Shown: piece by piece, positions 11,612-25,709 of the stretch
Numbering within the stretch: the first letter of the stretch is position 1
Layout: each line of letters begins with the position of its first letter
Assembly (NCBI GenBank): GCA_034780895.1
Contig: JAUZTB010000087.1
Location: 6,091,264 to 6,155,263 of the forward strand
DNA: 64,000 nucleotides
Source of the DNA: Rhynchobatus australiae
Lineage: Eukaryota
Direction of reading: 5' to 3'
Translations under genes and position numbers: made by a program
The notes under the pieces: model-generated
The model's database searches: none
Told to the model about the DNA's origin: nothing
Seen by the model: only the letters and a program-made list of their open reading frames with translations

Positions 11612-14077
11612 ATGAGATGTTATAATATATTTTGTTTCTTAAAATGGGAACTGTTGTATTACATGCTTATTGCCTGGGAGCGAGCTTTGGCGGAGATTCA
11701 TTATTCTATTCATGAGGAATTGCAGCGAGGCGCCTTTATTGGGAATATTGCAGATGATTTAGGTTTAGATGTTAAACAGCTCGCCGCTCGTAATTTTCGT
11801 CTTGTCTCAGGTGAAACAAAGCAGTATTTGGAAGTGGATTTAAACAATGGGATCTTATTTGTAAAGGAAAAAATTGACAGGGAGGAACTCTGTGGTCCAA
11901 GCCTCACTTGCGTTCTGTCTTTGGAGGCCGTGCTTGAAAATCCTCTCAATCTGTACCAAATCGAGGTGGATATTCTGGACATTAACGACAACTCTCCCAG
12001 TTTTCCAAAAAACCAGATCCGCCTTAAAATCTCTGAGCTTACCGCGCCAGGGGCGCGCTTTCCTCTCGAGTGTGCTCACGATCCGGATATTGGAACCAAC
12101 TCCGTTCAAACCTACCAGTTGGTTGCAAATGAATACTTTGCATTGAATGTTGAAGCTGGAATTGCAGATTGGAAGTTGCCAGTTTTAGTGCTAGAACAAC
12201 CCCTGGACAGGGAGAAGCATTCAACCCACAGACTACTGCTCTTAGCAAAAGATGGCGGGGTCCCCGAAAGGTCAGGCACCGCCCAAATTAACATCGCAGT
12301 GGAAGATGCCAACGATAATGCACCGGTATTCTCTCGGTCGGTTTACAAGAGCAGTTTATTAGAAAATGTGACTAAAGGGACATTAGTGCTGCAAGTAAAT
12401 GCCACTGATTTGGACGATGGTTCAAACGGAGAGGTTCTGTACTCCTTCAGTAGTCATACCTCTGCCAGAGTCCGTGAGATTTTTGGTTTGGATCCTCATA
12501 CTGGCGAAGTAAAACTTAATGCGAATTTAGATTATGAAGAATATAGTACATTTGATATTATTATACAAGCAAAGGACAAGGGCTCTAACCCTGTCCCCGT
12601 GTACAGTCACCTTTTATTGACTATTTTAGATGTAAATGATAACGCACCTGAGATAACCCTAACATCTTTATCAAGCCCATTTCCGGAGGATTCGCCACCT
12701 GGAACTGTAGTAGCTCTAATAAGTGCGTCTGATAGAGATTCTGGCAAGAATGGACAACTCCAGTGCCAAGTAGGAAATAAAGTGCCTTTCACGCTGGATT
12801 CTTCCTCCAAGAAACACTTAAGATTACTCACCCGAGACCTCCTCGACCGTGAATCCACCTCCATGCACAATGTAACGATTACCTGCAGAGATGGAGGAAC
12901 TCCGCCTCTCACCACGAACAAAACCATCCAGATTGAGGTTTCAGACAGAAACGACAACTCCCCACAATTTTCTCAAACTTTGCTCACAGCCTACGTGATG
13001 GAAAACAATAATATTGGTGCCTCTATTTTCTCAGTGACGGCTTTTGATCCCGACCTGGATGAAAATGCTCGGATATCATATGATATTCTTGAAAGTTGGG
13101 TAGGGGGCCAGTCAGTGAGCAATTATATCTATATTATTTCGGAGACTGGTATTATATATTCCTACAGATCTTTTGACTATGAACATTTAAAAACCTTTCA
13201 AATCCGGGTTCAGGCACGTGACCATGGAGTCCCATCACTTTCCAGCAATGTTTCCGTAGATGTCATCATCCTTGACCAGAATGATAACGCCCCAGTGATC
13301 GTTCATCCATTAACCGAGCATGGGCCAACGACCACAGAGGTTGTATCGCGATTCGCTGAAGCAGGCTATCCAGTGACCAAAGTTACGGCTACAGATGCCG
13401 ACTCGGGGCAAAATGCTCGCCTCTACTATCGGATCCTCCAAGCTACTGACTTAGGACTATTTACTATTGCAGAGGACACCGGAGAAATCTGGACAACTCG
13501 TGCTATTGCAAAGACCGATACAACCAAACAGACGTTGGTTGTCCAAGTGAGTGACAATGGGACACCAGCACTTTCTGCTTCAATAACTATTATTTTGTCA
13601 TTGATCGATGGCGAGGAATCGTTATTGTCTGACAGGAACAGCATGTTGCAAGGGCCCAACTTTGCTTCTGTAACCAGCCTGTACTTGGTGATTTCATTAG
13701 GAATAATTTCGTCCATTTTTCTGGTGATTTTAATTATACTAGCTGTTAAAGTTCACAAAAGCAGAAATGTGTTTGAGGACCACGGTTGTGTACTGGGCTC
13801 CTGTGGTTGCTTCGGTACAAGACAATCACTCAATGGAATTCAGAAAGCCAGCCGCAGTCTTCACATTCCTCCCAACTATGTTGAAGTATTTGGGGGTGAT
13901 CCGCTTTCACAAAGTTACCGCTATGAGACTTGTTCCATGGCACGTTCAACAAAGGGAGACTTCCCGTTCCCAAACACCAACGGTTCATCGAAGGGAAAGA
14001 ACACAGCCTCCGATGGGACTATTGCAAATGGAGGAAGTGTATTATTCACGAATTGTGGGAAGTCTGCTCATTCCGAG
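11612..14077 (+). CDS. PCDH: Clustered protocadherin variable exon V3
   Basis: ORF 11591-14113 with first in-frame ATG at 11612. Six EC repeats, TM and the cytoplasmic motif. Phase-0 donor GAG|GTGAGA at 14077/14078. Confidence 0.95.
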
Positions 14078-14869
14078 GTGAGAAGCCTGTGTGGTAGGAA
14101 AAGTCGATGTTAACTGAATATCTGGAAGTCGGTTACATCAGGAAGATAAGATCTTGCTTTGCTTGTGCCAGCCATCCGACGCAGACAGGATCAGAAGTGT
14201 TGTATCCATTAGGTGTTTCCGTCCGTTTACGGTTAAGTAGTTGCTGTTGCCACCATTTTTCTGTGTAAATGCGAAAACATGAAGTGGATGTTTCAGGGAG
14301 GTTGCAAAGATTGTTTTCGCCAAAGAAGTAGTTTTTGAATTCCATTTTGTTGTCATGGATTGACAGAAAATGTCCGAAACAGAAGAAGGTCCTTAGCCCG
14401 TCGTTCTGTGCCGGTTGAAAAAGATCTATCCAATCCATTTCTGTCTTCCAGCGGTTAATGCATTTTCCTGCAGGTTATGCTCAAGTACGCATTCCTGCGT
14501 GTTTCAAATGTAAAGAGGGTTCTGCATCTAACAGCCTTTCAGACAGTTCAGAACCTCTGCCAATCGCCTCATTAAAAAAAAATATTTTCTTATATTACCT
14601 GTAATCCACATCCCAATCCCTTCAATTAATTCCCTTGAATTTGACTCCCCTCATCAAATTGTCTTCCCTCTTTTTTCGGTCTCGTAGTAGGAATGAATCT
14701 CTAACAGTCAAATCTCAGATGAAATCTTGTCATATCTCCCACAAACCCACGTGTACAGTTGAACTCACAGATGAAACTTTTCAGTTCATAAGGAGGAAAA
14801 TGGCAGCCAATATGAGGACAGCTACCATAAACCTCAATGTGGAATAAAGAGAGATAATATGGTTAAAGT

Positions 14870-15060
14870 ATCCTGGCGGAGGATTAATAGGTGTTGGTCA
14901 TGACATCGAGGCCAACTCCCTCTGCTCTCCAAAGTAATGCTAGGGAACTTTGGCATTCTGTTGAGAGCAGACAGAGTCTCATCTGGAACATGGTGTCTGT
15001 GACAGTGCAGCATTCTCAACACTGCAATGCACTGTCGCAGTTAAAAATCTGCACAAGTGT
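14870..15060 (-). mobile_element. Ancient Deu-domain (AmnSINE1/SacSINE1-like) SINE remnant
   Basis: AACTCCCTCTGCTCT..GCAGACAG..GTCTCATCTGGAA..GACAGTGCAGCATTCTC..CACTGCA resembles the reverse complement of the Deu-SINE body. Recognised by eye only. Confidence 0.5.
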
Positions 15061-15534
15061 TTGTAGGGAAAATGACATCTCTGGGTCACTGTGTTCATAA
15101 GCACACCCAATTCCCCTTGACATTTGTCCCTAATGAGTGCAAAGGCTGTAGTGTGGGGCACCATCGCAGTTACAAACATTTGTTTCAACTTGATAGGCTG
15201 CGTTTTGAAAATTAGTCATCTCCCTCCCGCCCTAAGAAAGTATTGAAATTGTAAATTATTTTTTGTCTTTTCACTTCTGTCATCCGATATTCACACACTG
15301 CTGTATTCCAGAAAGTAATATGAGATAATGTTCAAGTTATTTAAACATGTTAAATGTTGCACACGGAAAATGACAAGTCTGATTTTGGTGAATTAACCTG
15401 AATAAGCCTTCAGTAAAGTATAATTTTTAGACAAGATTGAATTACATATCAACTAGGTGCAAAATCCACTTTAGAATTTAATATGTTGTATCAGAATCTA
15501 AAATAATGAAAGAGAATGTTGGTTAGATTTTATA

Positions 15535-15740
15535 TTGTACAACCTTAAATGTAGTTAATTGAGCCAAGTTTTAAAAATGCAGTCCAGCTTTAAGAAATGC
15601 TTAGTGTGGTGATTGGCTGAACTTAAGTCAGCCTTTTTCACCAATGAGCGGCTGTGATGTGACTGGAGATCCTTGCTGCCCTACCCTCCCCTTCCGCCAT
15701 TGTATACGACCAGACACCGTGTATCAGGGTAGAGCTGCTT
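15535..15740 (+). promoter_or_regulatory. Promoter cassette of V4
   Basis: TTGTACAA-CCT-TAAAT, CAGCTTTAAGAAA, TGATTGGCTGAA (15612), CACCAATGAG (15641), GTGACTGGAGATCCTTGCTGCCC, CCGCCAT. Confidence 0.8.
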
Positions 15741-15955
15741 GTTCTAACATTCAGTTCTTTACGTTCATCTTTTGGCGAAATTTGAAGAAATAAGAAGGTT
15801 TGTCAGAATCGTTACGTAGAATTTTTAAGCAGAACGTTTGGTTTTTATGCAATTCAGCTGTATTACTCAAATGGAATCATAATTTACTCTTTTTAGCAGG
15901 AATTATTCAACGACGCCGCGTTGTTCTCAATCATTTGAAATGCTTTGTGCTGGAA

Positions 15956-18400
15956 ATGGAATTTTATAAATTATATTGGCTAATGAAATGGCAACTTTTA
16001 TATTGTATTATCCCTTCCTGGCAACTAATTTCTGGACAGATACGTTATTCGATTCCTGAAGAATTGAATGCCGGCGCCTTTGTTGGGAACATCGCAGAGG
16101 ACCTGAATTTGGATATTAAAGAACTCTCAGCTCGCGGTTTTCAAATTGTGCCTGGTCCCAGCAAGCAGTATATAGACGTAAATTTAGACAATGGGGTTTT
16201 GTTTGTGAGGGAAAAAATGGACAGAGAACAGTTGTGTGGGCTGAGCCTCGCTTGCACGTTATCTTTGGAAGCGGTGATTGAAAATCCTCTAAATGTGTAT
16301 CATTTTCAAGTGGACATTTTGGATGTAAATGACAATGCCCCGAGTTTTCCAGAGAGTCGGTTCAATTTGGAAATATCAGAGGTGGCTGCTCCAGGAACGC
16401 GCTTCGCTCTGGAGTGCGCACAGGACCCGGACGTTGGAACCAACTCTGTACAGAGCTACCAGCTAGTAGACAATCTCTATTTCTCCCTCGATGTTGAGAC
16501 GCGGGGTGGCGACGGAAAGTTACCGGTTTTAGTCTTGGAAAGACCGCTGGACAGAGAAAAGGAAAGTACACACCGGTTGGTGTTAATAGCTAAGGACGGA
16601 GGGATTCCTGAGAGATCTGGCACTGCTGAAATAATGATCGCTGTAGAGGATGCCAATGACAACGCGCCGGTTTTCCCCCAGCCGGTCTACAGGGTCAGTT
16701 TGCAGGAGAATTCACCCAAAGGAACGTTAGTGATCAAACTGGATGCCAAAGATTTGGATGCTGGACTCAATGGGCAGATCGTGTATTCGTTTAGTAGTCA
16801 CACTTCCAATAGAGTTCGTGAAATATTTGGGCTGGATTCTAAATCTGGGGAAATCAGAGTTAAGAACAATCTGGACTACGAGGAAAACAGTGTTTTTGAA
16901 ATTAACATCCAAGCAAAAGATAAAGGTCCTAACGCAACTCCTGTGTACTGTCACGTGGTGGTTAACATTGTTGATGTGNNNNNNNNNNNNNNNNNNNNNN
17001 NNNNNNNNNNNNNNNNNNNNNNNNNNNNNNNNNNNNNNNNNNNNNGGACTGTGGTGGCTCTGATCAGTTCAATAGACAAGGATTCGGCTGACAACGGGCA
17101 CGTGGATTGCGAAATCCCAAGAGACCTTCCATTTAAACTGGATTCATCCTTAATTAACTACTATAGGCTGGTTACCCGGGAGACATTGGATCGTGAACGT
17201 GTATCAACCTACAATGTAACCATCGTGTGCAGCGACGCCGGGATTCCTCCACTGACATCCAACAAAACGATCCTGGTGGAGGTCTCGGATACAAATGATC
17301 ACCCACCTCAGTTTACACAGCCTATATATACAGCATATGTGATGGAGAATAACGCCATTGGTGCATCCATATTCTCTGTGACTGCTTTAGATCAAGATTT
17401 AAACAGGAACGCCCATCTGTCCTATTTTATTTTGGAGACTCAGATTCAGGGCATGTCAGTATCCACGTATGTTTCGATTAACTCGCACAGTGGTGTCATA
17501 TTTGCGCAGAGAAGTTTCGACTACGAGCATCTCAAAAACTTTCAGATCCAGGTTCAGGCACGGGACTCTGGATCCCCACCACTTTCTGGAAATGCTACAG
17601 TGGATGTGGTTATCTTGGATCAGAACGACAATGCTCCCGTGATAGTGCATCCATTACCCGAATTCGGTTCTACTGTGTTAGAAACCATATCCCGGCTCGC
17701 AGAACCGGGTTACCTGGTTGCCAAGGTTTCTGCTACGGACAGTGACACTGGCCAGAATGCTCGCCTTGCCTACCAGATTCTCCAAGCCACTGACGTCGGT
17801 CTCTTTACCATTTCACCGGACACGGGAGAAATCTGGACAATACGCAGTATTCGGAAGAATGACGCCGCGAAGCAAAGGTTGGTCATCTGCGTAAAGGACG
17901 ATGGATCACCGCCACTTACAGCCACAGTGACAATCATCTTGTCTTTAGTTGGAAATGATAGACAAATGCTGTCAGAAGTGAATAGCTTGTCTGAGGATGC
18001 CGGGTCTGCCTCTGAGACCAGCTTTTACCTCGTAATAGCTTTAGGGGTTACCTCGTCTGTTTTCCTAGTGATTTTGATTATCCTCGCCATTAAAGTCCAT
18101 AGAACCTCTTCTCTTGGCGCATGTGGTTGCTTTACAGCTGGAAACTCACTACATGGAATCCACAGAGGCAAAAGAAGCCTTCAGATACCACCAAACTATG
18201 TTGAGGTGTTTGGGGGTGATCCACTTTCTCAGAGCTTCCGCTATGATTCATGTTCAAGTTCACATTCTGTAAAGAGGGATGTCAGGTTGTCCAACAGTGG
18301 ATCTACGCGTAAGAATTATGCTCCTAGTGGCTTTTTGGGAAATGGCGATACCTTACAAACCCCCAATTCTGCGCAGTACAGGAACACTGTAAATAATGAG
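15956..18400 (+). CDS. PCDH: Clustered protocadherin variable exon V4
   Basis: ORF 15800-18469; the ATG at 15956 aligns with paralog starts (MEFYKLYWLMKWQLL). Six ECs and TM. Phase-0 donor GAG|GTGAGG at 18400/18401. One internal N gap. Confidence 0.95.
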
Positions 18401-19147
18401 GTGAGGTTGTTATTCGATGGCGAAAAGAACACCTCATGGGTTTCAGTTGGAAGTACAAATGATTACTGAAAACATTTAGATCATGAAGATCGGATTTAGT
18501 CAATGCCTGTGAATCAGTCATATCAGATCACTCTGTGATCTGAATTTCCAGTCGCTGTTTCTGGATCAGCTCCTCTGCTAATCAGTCGTTTGCCTTTTGG
18601 TGCGTTTATATTGTTTTAACATTTCGTTGCATGTGGGAGTTAGAAAATATTACCATTAAGAATGTGCGGATAAAGCACAATTGCAGAAAAATAGCCTTGG
18701 ATATATTATCAGCTGCATTTTCGCGGTAGAAAAACAGGAAATACTGCTTACACTGGTTATTTGCTGGGGCATGGGAGATTAAAAGAAATGAGTGTCATTG
18801 CCCTCCTCAGGATACTGATGTCATGAGGCTTGGTACTGGATTGATATTTCTGTGGAGACTTTGTGAAATTGCATGTTTTACTCGAATAACTCAAATCAAC
18901 AGTCGACATTATGTAATGTCATGGACTGAATTGGGGATTAATCATTAGAATAACTAAATTAAGTGTTGGTTATCTGTTCTGAAAGAGGCATGAAACCATG
19001 CATATCAAGGATTAGATGGTTCAAAAATTACATAAAATAGGTTTTTTAATGGGTTGAAAAGTAGTAGCTCTTAGAAAATCCACCACAAGTTAGCATAAAA
19101 AAAGAATATTGCCAAACCATTACAGAAGACGGTGCAAGTAATTTATA

Positions 19148-19350
19148 TTGTACAATAAAAAATGTAACTAGGACGCGGAGGTTAACAGAGACATTCCAGC
19201 TTTAAGAAATATTCTGTGTGGTGATTGGTTGAACGTCAGTTCACCAATGAGAAGCTGAAATGTGTCTGGAGATCTTGACTGCCCCCTTCCCTCCCAGCGT
19301 CCATTACGTATGATCAGATACAGTGTCAAACTCCGCATAGCGAGCTGCAT
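19148..19350 (+). promoter_or_regulatory. Promoter cassette of V5
   Basis: TTGTACAA-TAA-AAAAT, CAGCTTTAAGAAA, TGATTGGTTGAA (19224), CACCAATGAG (19244), GTGTCTGGAGATCTTGACTGCCCCC, GATCAGA, GCGAGCTGC. Confidence 0.8.
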
Positions 19351-19560
19351 AACGCCGGAACGGGTTTTGTATTCGAAAACACTGGATATTTTAATTACAA
19401 TGAAAAGGTTCGAACAAAATATCAATAATCTTTGAAAAATACAGGTACTTTATGCAACATTGCCTCTTTTATCTTTAAAACTGGCATTTGTAGAATCTTA
19501 TTCAAGAAAATCGGTGAATGGCGTGTCGCGCTGAAGTAATTGCAATGCTTTGTGCAGGAG

Positions 19561-22005
19561 ATGGGATATTCTAAAATATATTGGCGGTTAAAATGGTCAC
19601 TTTTTTACGTTGTGTTATCATCCTGGGTTCTGGTTTCGGGACAGATTCGCTATTCAATTCCTGAAGAGCTGCAACTGGGCGCCTTTGTTGCGAATATCGC
19701 AGACGATTTGGATTTAGACGTGAAAGAGCTGGCTGCCCGCAGTTTTCGGATTGTGTCTAAACCCAGGAAGCAGTATCTTGATGTAAATTTGGACAATGGA
19801 ATTCTTTATGTAAAGGGGAAAATTGACAGGGAGCAGCTCTGCGGGTCGAACCCCGCGTGCACATTGTTCTTAGAGGCCGTGATCGAAGATCCGCTAACCG
19901 TGTATCATTTTCAAGTCGAAATTCTGGATGTAAATGACAACGCCCCCAGTTTCCCCCAAACCCAATTCCGCTTGGAAATCTCAGAGATTGTGGCACAAGG
20001 AGCGCGCTTTGCCCTCGAGTCTGCGCATGACCCAGATGCTGGAGTCAACTCCGTACAGACGTACCAGTTGAACGATAACGAGTATTTCACGATAGACGTG
20101 CAGTCACGCCGTGGAGATGGCAAGTTACCGGTGTTAGTGTTGCAAAGGCTACTAGACAGGGAAAAGCAAAGGATCCATAAGTTAGTCCTGATTGCCAAAG
20201 ACGGAGGCATCCCTGAAAAATCTGGGACGGCGCAAATAATCGTCATAGTGCAGGACGCGAATGACAACGCGCCGGTGTTCCAGCAATCGGAATATAGGAC
20301 GAGGCTGCTGGAAAATACACCCAAAGGAACACTGGTAATCAAACTAAATGCTACTGATTTAGATGATGGCCCCAATGGGGAGATTGTGTACTCCTTCAGT
20401 AGCCATGCTTCCAACAGAGCCCGTGAGATGTTCAGTGTGGATTCCAGAACCGGCGAAATCAGGGTCAAAGGGAATTTGGACTACGAGGAAAACGATGTTT
20501 TTGAGGTCAACGTACAAGCGACGGACAAGGGGCCTTATGCAACTCCTGTACATTGTGAAGTGTTGGTGGACGTTATTGACATCAATGACAACACACCTGA
20601 GGTGACATTGACTTCTATATTCAGTCCTGTCAGTGAGGACGCCTTGCCCGGGACAGTGGTCGCCCTGTTTAACGTGAATGACCAAGACTCGGGAGATAAT
20701 GGGCAGGTACATTGCCAAATTTTAAGTGGATCTGCTTTCAAATTGGATTCCTCTTTGACCAACTATTACAGATTACTAACGGAGCAAAGGCTGGATCGCG
20801 AAAACATCTCAAATTACGATGTTACAATCGTATGCAGTGATAGCGGAACTCCCCCTCTCACATCCAAAAAATCCATCCGGGTGGAGATTTCCGATATAAA
20901 TGATAACGCGCCACGTTTTACGCAATCTTCATACACAGCCTACGTAACGGAGAACAATGCTATTGGGTCTTCTATCTTCTCAGTGACTGCCATTGATCCG
21001 GATGCAAACCAGAACTCTCAGCTGTCTTACTCTATCATGGAAACATGGGATCAGGTCTTGCCAGTATCCACTTACGTGAATATTCATTCGGAAACTGGTG
21101 TCATCTATGCTCAGAAGTCATTTGACTACGAACAGCTGAAAAACTTTCAGATCTGTGTCCGAGCACAGGACTCTGGGTCTGTTTCACTGGGCAGCAACGT
21201 TTCAGTAGATGTCATTATCCTCGATCAAAATGACAATGCCCCAGTTATCATTCATCCACTGCCAGAATATGGCTCTACAGTGACGGAGACTGTGTCGAGG
21301 TTCACTGAGCCCGGTTACCTTGTCGCCAAAGTATCTGCAACCGACGCAGACTCTGGCCAGAATGCTCGCCTCACTTACCAGATTTTCAAAGCTACAGACT
21401 CTGGACTTTTTACGATTTCCTCAGACTCGGGGGACATATGGACAATCCGTGGCGTCCTGGACAAAGATCTTAGGAAGCAACGTTTGGTCGTTGTTGTAAA
21501 AGACAACGGGGAGCCGGCACTTTCAGCTACAATAACCATTATTATCTCCTTGGAACAGAGTAAATCAGAGTTGCTGTCTGAGGTGGACAGTTTATCTGAA
21601 GAATCAGTTCTGGCTCCGGACACGAGCTTTTATTTGGTCATAGCCTTGGGATTAATTTCTTTCGTCTTTCTCGCAATTTTGGTTGTGCTCGCCATTAAAG
21701 TTCACAGAAACAGACGGGGTTTTGATGATCGTAACTCCTGCTGTTTTGTGGCAAGAAGTCAAAAGACGAGTCGGAGCCTTCAGATACCCCCAAACTATGT
21801 TGAAGTGTTTGGAGGCGACCCACTTTCTCAGAGTTTCCGCTATGATACGTGCTCCACTACACACACTATCAAGGGAGACTACGTGTTCCGCCACACGTGC
21901 AGCTCACCTGCGGGCAAAAATAACGTCAGTGTCTACCCTGTTGGGAAAGACGAGATTCTACCAGTATTAAACTCTACAAGCTGCAGAAACACTGACTATA
22001 GTGAG
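19561..22005 (+). CDS. PCDH: Clustered protocadherin variable exon V5
   Basis: ORF 19540-22221 with first ATG at 19561. Six ECs, TM and the cytoplasmic motif. Phase-0 donor GAG|GTGAGA at 22005/22006; the ORF-track extension beyond this is intron and N gap. Confidence 0.95.
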
Positions 22006-22424
22006 GTGAGAAGCGTTTCCAAAGGTGGGGGGCACAGCNNNNNNNNNNNNNNNNNNNNNNNNNNNNNNNNNNNNNNNNNNNNNNNNNNNNNNNNNNNNNN
22101 NNNNNNNNNNNNNNNNNNNNNNNNNNNNNNNNNNNNNNCACGTTTGATTTGGATACATGTCAAGATCTCAACTGGTGGAAATGAAAAGATGGGATTCCCA
22201 TCTATTCTGGACTTTTCCTGATCATCGTCTCTGCACCAGGCTCAATGACTTCATCGTTTTATTTTAATTTATGTGCCAGCCAGTAAATTTATAGTTGTTG
22301 CTATTTCGCATAAAATTATTGTGAATTGTATATATTTTGCAGATTATAATGAAATTGCAGTAGGAATACCAATATTTTATGACAGTATAATGATAGGTTG
22401 CTGTTCGGCTTTCTAACAAAGAAG

Positions 22425-22630
22425 ATCTCCAGAAATTCAAACGGAAACTGCTGAAAACAGTCAGCAGGTCAGGCGGCATCTGCGGAAACAAAATAAATCA
22501 GATCTGACCAAGGGTCTTCGACCTTAAGCGTCAAATCTGCTTCTTTTTGCACAGATGCTTCCTGGGCTATTGCTGTTTCCAACAATTTCTGCTTTTATTT
22601 CAGATTTTCAGCATCTGCAGTTTTGGTGTT
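22425..22630. mobile_element. Penelope-type inverted-repeat element
   Basis: CAGCAGGTCAGGCGGCATCTG ... CAGATGCTTCCTGG ... CAGCATCTGCAG; same family as 8380-8620. Confidence 0.55.
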
Positions 22631-22840
22631 TTTCAAAACAAAGCAGGAATACGTTTTATATTGGATACCATGAGTGTTATTGAAGGATCAGACGTTGCTC
22701 TGCCATCTAAAGATAAATGACAATAAACACCACCAGAAATGTCGACATCTTGACAGCAAGTTTTGATTTATCCTCCTAGAATGTTTTGCAGAAGGAATAA
22801 GTTTAATATGTTGAAAGAAAGGGAGGGTAAATATTTTTAA

Positions 22841-23040
22841 GTGTACAACTATAAATACCGCAGCGGTTTTCAAGGCCGCTCTAGCTTTAAGCAGTGCTAA
22901 AGCAGTGATTGGTTGAATGCGGAAATGCACACGTTCACCAATCAGAAGCCAGAAGTTGGCTGGAGATCTCTCCCTATCCACCATCACGTAAGATCAGCTA
23001 CAGTGTAAAAATGGACAGCAAGCCGCGTAATGCTGCATTA
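22841..23040 (+). promoter_or_regulatory. Promoter cassette of V6 (TGACTGCCCC sub-box deleted)
   Basis: GTGTACAA-CTA-TAAAT, TAGCTTTAAGCAG, TGATTGGTTGAA (22908), CACCAATCAG (22938), GGCTGGAGATCT followed directly by CTCCCTATCCACCAT. Confidence 0.78.
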
Positions 23041-23234
23041 GGATCCGAGTATGCATCTTTGGATGATTTTAGAAATAAGAACATTTGCCTTAGTTAATGT
23101 CTGGATTTTCAAATTGTGCAGGTATTTTTTTACAACTGAAAGCTCTGTAAAATTATATAGAAAGACGTTTATTAAGACGGTTTCGCGAACGGAGCAGGGC
23201 TGCGCTGAAGCATTTGAAATGATTTTCGCTGGAA

Positions 23235-25709
23235 ATGGGATATTGTAGAATATATTGCTTGAGAAAATGGCATCTGCTATACTGTCTATTCTCCTTCTGC
23301 GGTCTAGTTTCGGGACAAATTCGTTATTCCATTCCCGAAGAACTGCAACTTGGCGCCTTTGTTGGTAATATCGCAGACGATATGGGTTTGGATGTGAAAG
23401 AACTCTCAGCTCGAAATTTTCGCGTCGTTCCGGGTCTCGGGAAAAAATATTTGGACGTAAATTTAGACAATGGGATTTTGTTTGTGAAGGAAAATATTGA
23501 CAGAGAACTGCTTTGTGGGTCGAGTCTTACTTGCCTTTTATCAATGGAAGCTGTGATTGAAAATCCTTTAAATGTCTATCGGATTGAAGTGGAGGTTTTG
23601 GATATAAATGACAACGCTCCCAATTTTCCAAAGAGTCAGTTCCGTTTAGAAATCTTTGAAGTGGCGGCCCCGGGTGCACGTTTCCCCCTTGAGTGCGCTT
23701 ACGATTCGGACGTGGGAACCAACTCCCTACAAAACTATCGCCTGGTTGGAAATCAATACTTCGCGCTCGACATTGAGACCCGCAGTGGGGATGAGAAGCT
23801 GCCAGTGCTAACGCTGGAGAGGGCACTGGATAGAGAGAAAGAAGCAACTCACAAGTTGCAACTAATTGCCGAGGACGGCGGGATCCCTCCGAGGTCCAGC
23901 ACTGCTGAAATACTAATCGCAGTGCAGGATGCCAACGACAACTCTCCCGTGTTCTCCCAGTCAGTGTATAGGGTCAGCCTGAATGAAAATGTGCCCAAAG
24001 GAACACTTGTTATCAAGCTTAATGCGACTGACTTGGATGATGGTTCTAATGGGGATATTGAGTATTCCTTTACAAGCCATACATCGGCAACAGTACGTGA
24101 ACTGTTTGATCTGCATTCCAAAACAGGGGAAATCAAAGTGAAGGGGAATTTGGACTATGAGGTAAATAGTGCCTTTGAGATCAATGTTCAGGCAATGGAC
24201 AAAGGCTCAGCTCCAGTACCTGCGTACTGCCGTGTTCATGTGGATATTATTGACGTGAATGATAACGCTCCTGAGGTGATGGTGACCTCTCTGTTCAGTC
24301 CAATTGGCGAAGGCTCTCCCCCGGGGACTGTGATAGCGCTGGTTAGTACTACAGACAAAGACTCCGGAAAAAACGGTGAGGTTGATTGTCAAATCCCAAA
24401 TAACCTTCCATTTAAGCTGAATTCGCCCTTAATAAATTATTACAAGTTGTTAACCGTGGACCAATTGGATCGGGAAAACATCCCCAAGTATGACGTCACT
24501 CTACTATGTCGTGACTCAGGCTCGACTCCTCTTACTTCCAAGAAAACCATGCAGATCGAGATCTCAGATGTAAATGACAACTCACCTCGTTTTAGCCAAT
24601 CCTCGTACACAGCCTATGTGATGGAGAACAACGTCATCGGAGCCTCTGTCGTATCAGTGACAGCCACAGACGCTGATTTGAACCAGAATGCTAAACTATC
24701 ATTTTCCATTCTGGAAAGTCAGGTCCAGAGTGAGTCTGCAGCCAACTACGTTTACATTAATTCAGAGAATGGAATCGTTTTTTCTCAAAGAAGTTTCGAC
24801 TACGAGGAACTCAAAAGCTTCAATTTCCAGGTTCAAGCACAGGACAGCGGAATCCCACCACTCACCAGCAACGTTTCGGTGGACGTTGTTATCCTTGACC
24901 AGAACGACAATGCCCCAGTGATTCTGCACCCACTACCTGAACGTGGGTCAACCGTCCTAGAAACAATGTCCCGCTCTGCGGAGCCGGGTTATCTGGTTAC
25001 TAAAGTCTCTGCCATGGATGCTGACTCGGGCCAGAATGCTCGCCTCTCTTATCAGATTGTCCAGGCTACTGACCCAGGACTTTTCACCATTTCACCTGAC
25101 ACGGGCGAAGTGTGGACCATCCGTCGCCTGGTGGAGAAGGATGCGACGAGGCAAAAGTTAACGATTGTGGTAAAAGACAATGGAACGCCGCCGCTTTCAG
25201 CTTCCATGACCATCAGCTTGTCCGTGGTCGATGGGGATGCCCAGCTGTTTTCTGGTGTCACAGAGTTGGACGATGAGGCGGCTTTCAAGTCTGCGTTGAG
25301 TTTTTACTTGGTGATATCTTTGGGGGCAATTTCTTCCATCTTTCTGCTGATCTTAATCATCCTCGCTGTGAAGGTCCATAAAAGCAGGAGTGGATTTGGT
25401 GTTTACAGTTGTTACGGGGACATCTGCTGCTGTTATAAATCAAGACGCTCTCTCAGCGGCATTCAGAAAGCTAGCAGAAACATTCAGATACCTCCGAATT
25501 ATGTGGAGGTATTCGGAGGCGATCCGCTTTCTCAAAGCTTTCGCTATGGAACCAATTCAACGATAGCTTCTACCAAGAGAGATTACCCGATTCCCAATAC
25601 GTGTAGTTCGTCTGCAGTGACAAATAAAGGCGGGGGTGGGCCTAATGAGAAATGCAAATACCTGCACTCCCAGGCTCCTGAAAATTGTAGAAACTCTGTA
25701 AACACTGAG
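23235..25709 (+). CDS. PCDH: Clustered protocadherin variable exon V6
   Basis: ORF 23235-25754. Six ECs, TM, Cys cluster and [20 protein letters not shown]. Phase-0 donor GAG|GTGAGG at 25709/25710. Confidence 0.95.

Noticed and set aside
15800-15955. 52-residue N-terminal extension of V4
   Set aside because: Starts at TTG, has no counterpart in paralogs and lies in the 5'UTR region.
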